Positions 27,142 to 30,518 of a stretch of DNA of 30,518 bases are shown here, in pieces (the first letter of the stretch is position 1; the number at the start of each line of letters is the position of its first letter). The notes under the pieces were generated by a model. The model was not told the DNA's origin. It saw only the letters and a list, made by a program, of their open reading frames with translations, and did no database searches. The translations under genes and the position numbers were made by a program. Source of the DNA: Bdellovibrionota bacterium (lineage in GTDB: Bacteria; Bdellovibrionota_C; UBA2361; JBGSMV01); the NCBI GenBank assembly GCA_044356455.1, contig JBIKWF010000046.1, forward strand, positions 1 through 30,518, read 5' to 3'.

Positions 27142-27507
27142 TACTCCCGTCCCCTGAAGGGGCCGCGGCTTACGCCCGGGGAAGTTGATCCGCCATAATC
27201 TGATGGACCAAGGTCTCGGCGCCTTCAGGCGACGGACAAGGTCGCGGCACCTTTAGGTGACGGACCGAAGTCGCGGCACCTTCAGGTGACGGAAGGGTCG
27301 CGGCACCTTTAGGTGACGGACCGAAGTCGCGGCACCTTCAGGTGACGGAAGGGTCGCGGCCCCTTTAGGGGACGGAGCATACGTGTATCTAGAGTTCGAG
27401 ATTTTACTGACTTCTCCACCGCGAACCTCCGCCGCCTCTACCGACAGTTCGGCGCGGTGTGGCCGCTTCAGGACACGGCGGAGAGAGTAGCCCCGGTACA
27501 GGGAGTT
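27069..27507 (+). repeat. Full composite intergenic element E (2 inverted plus 5 forward units)
   Basis: Left arm CTAAGTGTCCCGGGGCAC; tandem 27-29-bp units at 27240-27376; right end 27487-27507. Confidence 0.9.
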
Positions 27508-27554
27508 TAAATCTTCACTAATATTCGCGGCCTTTCCTCCGCTCGCTCCCAGTG

Positions 27555-28727
27555 TTATGTCGTCATTTTGAAGGCCTTTTCCAATCCATATCGCAGTTGC
27601 CAGTAATCTTGACCAACGAGTTGCGTAGAAGCTTTCTTTATTTCGGATTTGTCATCATCTCTTAAGTGCCGGCCGATTTCTCCAACCGCCGATGCACTAG
27701 CGCATCTTAGGTACATGTTTAGAGAATTATTCGTTACTACTTCAAGCAATAACGGAATTGCACATATCGCGGTTGCGCCTTGACCTCTAAGTGCGTCGGC
27801 TAATTTGTCCTCCGGTTTTTGTTTAAATGCTGCCAATAAAGCGGATGTTGTAGCTTCAGATTCAGGAGCAATAGACGCAAGCGCCTGGGCCGCTTCAAAG
27901 CGCACTTCTCTATCCTGATGGTTTATTAACTCAACCAATTTCTCAGTCGCGCCCGAACATTTCTCGCCTATATGCCATAATGCACGGGCAGTTTCTGCTA
28001 CGAGACCGGGATCAGTGTGATCAAGAAGCTCAATTAATGTAGGAATTGCCTCCTCTGGGACTATGTCGCCCATGGCACCTAGAGCAGCAACTATTCCAAT
28101 GCTCACATCAACTGGCGCAGACTTCAAAGTGTTTAGAAGATCGGGGATCGCCGCTAGACCAAGCTCACTGATGGCGCTGCGGCAGTAAAAGCACATGCTA
28201 CCAACCTTTAGGCCCCATTCTCCCGTTTCCTTGGCCCCCTCAACTAGTTGATGTAGCGCCGGAAATGAGCTGGGGCCAATGGTATCAAGTGCAAGCGCGG
28301 CCATTCTTCGAACCACCGGATCTTCATTCTTATCCCCAAGAATCTCTGCGAGGATCGGAACTGATTTCTCTTTATTTTCCAGAAACCCCAGAACTCTAGC
28401 TCCAGTGCGTCGGGAATGAGGATTCTCTCCTGTTACCAAGGCAACTGCCAACGGGAACTGCAGCTCGAGCGGAAATTTCGACACCCAATTCTCGATATTG
28501 GCCACCCAAAAATCAGTGTGGGCACCCCTTACGAGGTCTTCAAATTCAAAAATCAGTTCATCGTTACCGCCAATCGCTTCCAACGCGCGCTGTCGTTCGA
28601 CGGTGCGAATGCTAATGGTTGGTGCAATGGGCTGTATTTTGGCGTCAACTGTTCGCGATTCAGCCGAAGGAATTTCGGACGGGCCCGGATATGCGGTCGA
28701 TTTTTTGTTTTTATCACGTTCGATCAT
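27555..28727 (-). CDS. HEAT/PBS-lyase-like repeat protein
   Basis: Repeats such as DPVVRRMAALALDTIG, AIPTLIELLDHTDPGLVAETARALWHIG and DREVRFEAAQALASI. Confidence 0.88.
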   Translation of the reverse strand: MIERDKNKKSTAYPGPSEIPSAESRTVDAKIQPIAPTISIRTVERQRALEAIGGNDELIFEFEDLVRGAHTDFWVANIENWVSKFPLELQFPLAVALVTGENPHSRRTGARVLGFLENKEKSVPILAEILGDKNEDPVVRRMAALALDTIGPSSFPALHQLVEGAKETGEWGLKVGSMCFYCRSAISELGLAAIPDLLNTLKSAPVDVSIGIVAALGAMGDIVPEEAIPTLIELLDHTDPGLVAETARALWHIGEKCSGATEKLVELINHQDREVRFEAAQALASIAPESEATTSALLAAFKQKPEDKLADALRGQGATAICAIPLLLEVVTNNSLNMYLRCASASAVGEIGRHLRDDDKSEIKKASTQLVGQDYWQLRYGLEKAFKMTT

Positions 28728-28745
28728 ATCAAAATTTCCTACAGC

Positions 28746-28973
28746 TTAACGACTAGTCTGTTCGGTTCGAGAGCTGCCTGCCCGAGAATCCGAACGAGAA
28801 GTTTATTATCCAGCCACCCTCCTAGCAGACTACTACACATTATGCCAAACTACGGCACTTTGTCGCTTAAGGAAGAAAGTCAATTATTATGAGGGTTTTT
28901 CTAAGTGTCCCGGGGCACTTTTTACTCTGCATCCCAGGAAACCTTACGCCCGTCCCCTGAAGGGGCCGCGGCT
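28746..28973. repeat. 228-bp direct repeat copy 2
   Basis: Matches 26914-27141. Confidence 0.95.
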
Positions 28974-29205
28974 CACGCCCGTCCTTTGTCGCCTACTTTA
29001 GGAGGCCATAGGTGACGGACAAGGTCGCGGCACCTTCAGGTGACGGAAGGGTCGCGGCCCCTTCAGGGGACGGAGCACGCGTGTATCTAGAGTTTGAGAT
29101 TTTACTGACTTCTTCGCCTCGGACTTACGCGCTCGCGCACCGCGGTTCGGTGCGCCGAGGCGGTCGTACGACACAGGAGCGGGTGTAGCCCCGGCACAGG
29201 GAGTT
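28901..29205 (+). repeat. Full composite intergenic element F (1 inverted plus 2 forward units)
   Basis: Same left arm as element E; right end GTAGCCCCGGCACAGGGAGTT at 29185-29205. Confidence 0.9.
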
Positions 29206-29227
29206 TTAAGACGGCTAGGTTTCTTGG

Positions 29228-29662
29228 TTACCCGATTACCCCCCCCTTCTCTCCTGAGGCGATCTCACGAAGGCCTCCTCCGAGTGCAAGGTTCGTGTAA
29301 CCAGCTTCTGTTTGGGCTGGCGCTAGTCCGATGTAGGTGATTCTTGAAAAATATAGGCCTCTTTTTTGCCCTTCCAGCCAAAGAGCAGGGTCTCGACTGA
29401 ATGGATCCGCCAAGGTCAGTATCTTTCCTGTAATTTCAATTTCTCCTGCAGAGGGATTGCCGGGGAGGGGCATCAGCGAACCGCGCACAGTGAGCACACA
29501 ACCTTTAGATTTTAACAAAAGTAATGCTGCGGCCAATAACTCTGGGTTGCCGCGCAACTCTTCAAAGGAAGGGATCTGCACTGTACCGAGCGAGCCATTT
29601 CTTTCGTGACCTAGCTCATTACCTTCCCCGGGCCGCCTCGTAACGACTAAATCTCGACTCAT
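29228..29662 (-). CDS. Hypothetical protein (144 aa)
   Basis: ATG-started ORF ending 22 nt from element F; no family recognised. Confidence 0.6.
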   Translation of the reverse strand: MSRDLVVTRRPGEGNELGHERNGSLGTVQIPSFEELRGNPELLAAALLLLKSKGCVLTVRGSLMPLPGNPSAGEIEITGKILTLADPFSRDPALWLEGQKRGLYFSRITYIGLAPAQTEAGYTNLALGGGLREIASGEKGGVIG

Positions 29663-29979
29663 ACCATACTCACACGAACTTCAAATTTATGCCTATGTAA
29701 TTGGTCTTTATAGCATCTGTGGAACATAACATATGAGGCTTCCGGCATGAGCCATAGGAAATTTTACTAAAGTGCTATTTAAGCGCCTAGAATCGCTAGT
29801 AGAGGCCATTCGATGAGTCATGACCGAAAGAGGTCGACCGGCAATAAAGCCTCTTCGAATTGATGCGCCCCGATTGTTTCTCCCCTAGCAAATTTCCAAG
29901 CGGAAATCTCACGGGCCTGAAGGGATTCCGTGAGACATGTCGGAGCGGAGTGACATTAGTGCCACCCTCTTTTTTGGCG

Positions 29980-30009
29980 GCGGAGGATGTAGCCCCGGTA
30001 CAGGGAGTT
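29980..30009 (+). repeat. Intergenic element right end
   Basis: GCGGAGGATGTAGCCCCGGTACAGGGAGTT, identical to 24481-24510. Confidence 0.9.
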
Positions 30010-30107
30010 AAAGAATGCATTCTGCACTTCGGTATTGTTCACGAGTTGAATTTGCTACGGCTGCTGTATTATTTAACTAATATAAAAATTAATAACTGGT
30101 AAAACGA

Positions 30108-30518
30108 GTGAGAAATAAAGAGAAGCTTTGGACTGTTTGCCTAAAGTGCCAAGGGCTGGGTAGAAAACGAAAAAAAATTCGAAAATGTCGACGAGTACGC
30201 TACAAGATTGCTTTAGATGAGTTTGAAAAAAATAACGGCGAGGGAATTGTTCCTATTCCTCCGAAACGCCATCCCTATGCCTGCTTGAATTGTTCAGGCA
30301 CCGGCTTGATTCCTGCAAGTAAAAATCGAGAAGCTGATAAAGAGAATTTTCCATGCATTGCAATTATTGGCGCAGGCATTGGAGGTGTTGCACTTGCAGT
30401 TGCATGTTTGCATCGCGGAATCCCATTTACGATCTATGAACGCGATAACGCTTTTAATGATCGTGCTCAAGGCTATGGGCTCACCTTACAACAAGCTACT
30501 AAAGCGATTGAAGGCTTG
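30108..30518 (+). CDS. FAD-dependent monooxygenase with N-terminal CxxCxGxG zinc-finger-like motifs (5' part; runs off the window)
   Basis: Translated by hand from GTG 30108: CLKCQGLG...CLNCSGTG...IAIIGAGIGGVALAVACLHRGIPFTIYERD...QGYGLTL (GxGxxG Rossmann fold). Not in the ORF track because it has no stop in the window. Confidence 0.88.
   Translation, partial: MRNKEKLWTVCLKCQGLGRKRKKIRKCRRVRYKIALDEFEKNNGEGIVPIPPKRHPYACLNCSGTGLIPASKNREADKENFPCIAIIGAGIGGVALAVACLHRGIPFTIYERDNAFNDRAQGYGLTLQQATKAIEGL

Noticed and set aside
27240..27376. CRISPR array (tandem ~28-bp palindromic repeats; also near 20586 and 25586)
   Set aside because: The units are head-to-tail with only a few variable bases between them. 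There are no unique spacers and no cas genes.

Overview
Bacterial accessory region with no rRNA, tRNA, CRISPR array, integrase or transposase. The main result is a tightly coupled minus-strand operon (17959->10959) that looks like a RiPP (ribosomally synthesised, post-translationally modified peptide) gene cluster, and it does not match any class I recognise. It begins with a 22-aa precursor ORF missing from the ORF track (MKAKYMKPKLYRLRRVYAAGGH; AAGGAGG RBS; YxxPxL RRE-recognition motif; hairpins on both sides). Next come a stand-alone PqqD/RRE, an unknown 153-aa protein, a radical SAM/SPASM enzyme, an atypical SDR, a GNAT, a SAM methyltransferase, an intact AsnB-type amidotransferase and a JmjC/cupin oxygenase. 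The rest of the window is a patchwork of unrelated genes: membrane and secreted proteins, a transglutaminase-like/DUF58 fusion, an RNHCP protein, a polysaccharide deacetylase, an S8 protease with FG-GAP-like repeats, a GNAT, a HEAT-repeat protein and an FAD monooxygenase. These genes are punctuated by a family of co-oriented palindromic intergenic elements ending in GTAGCCCCGGTACAGGGAGT(T), which carry variable numbers of internal REP-like hairpin units. There are also two local duplications and a CTAG-flanked MITE. All calls come from reading motifs by eye; no database searches were run.
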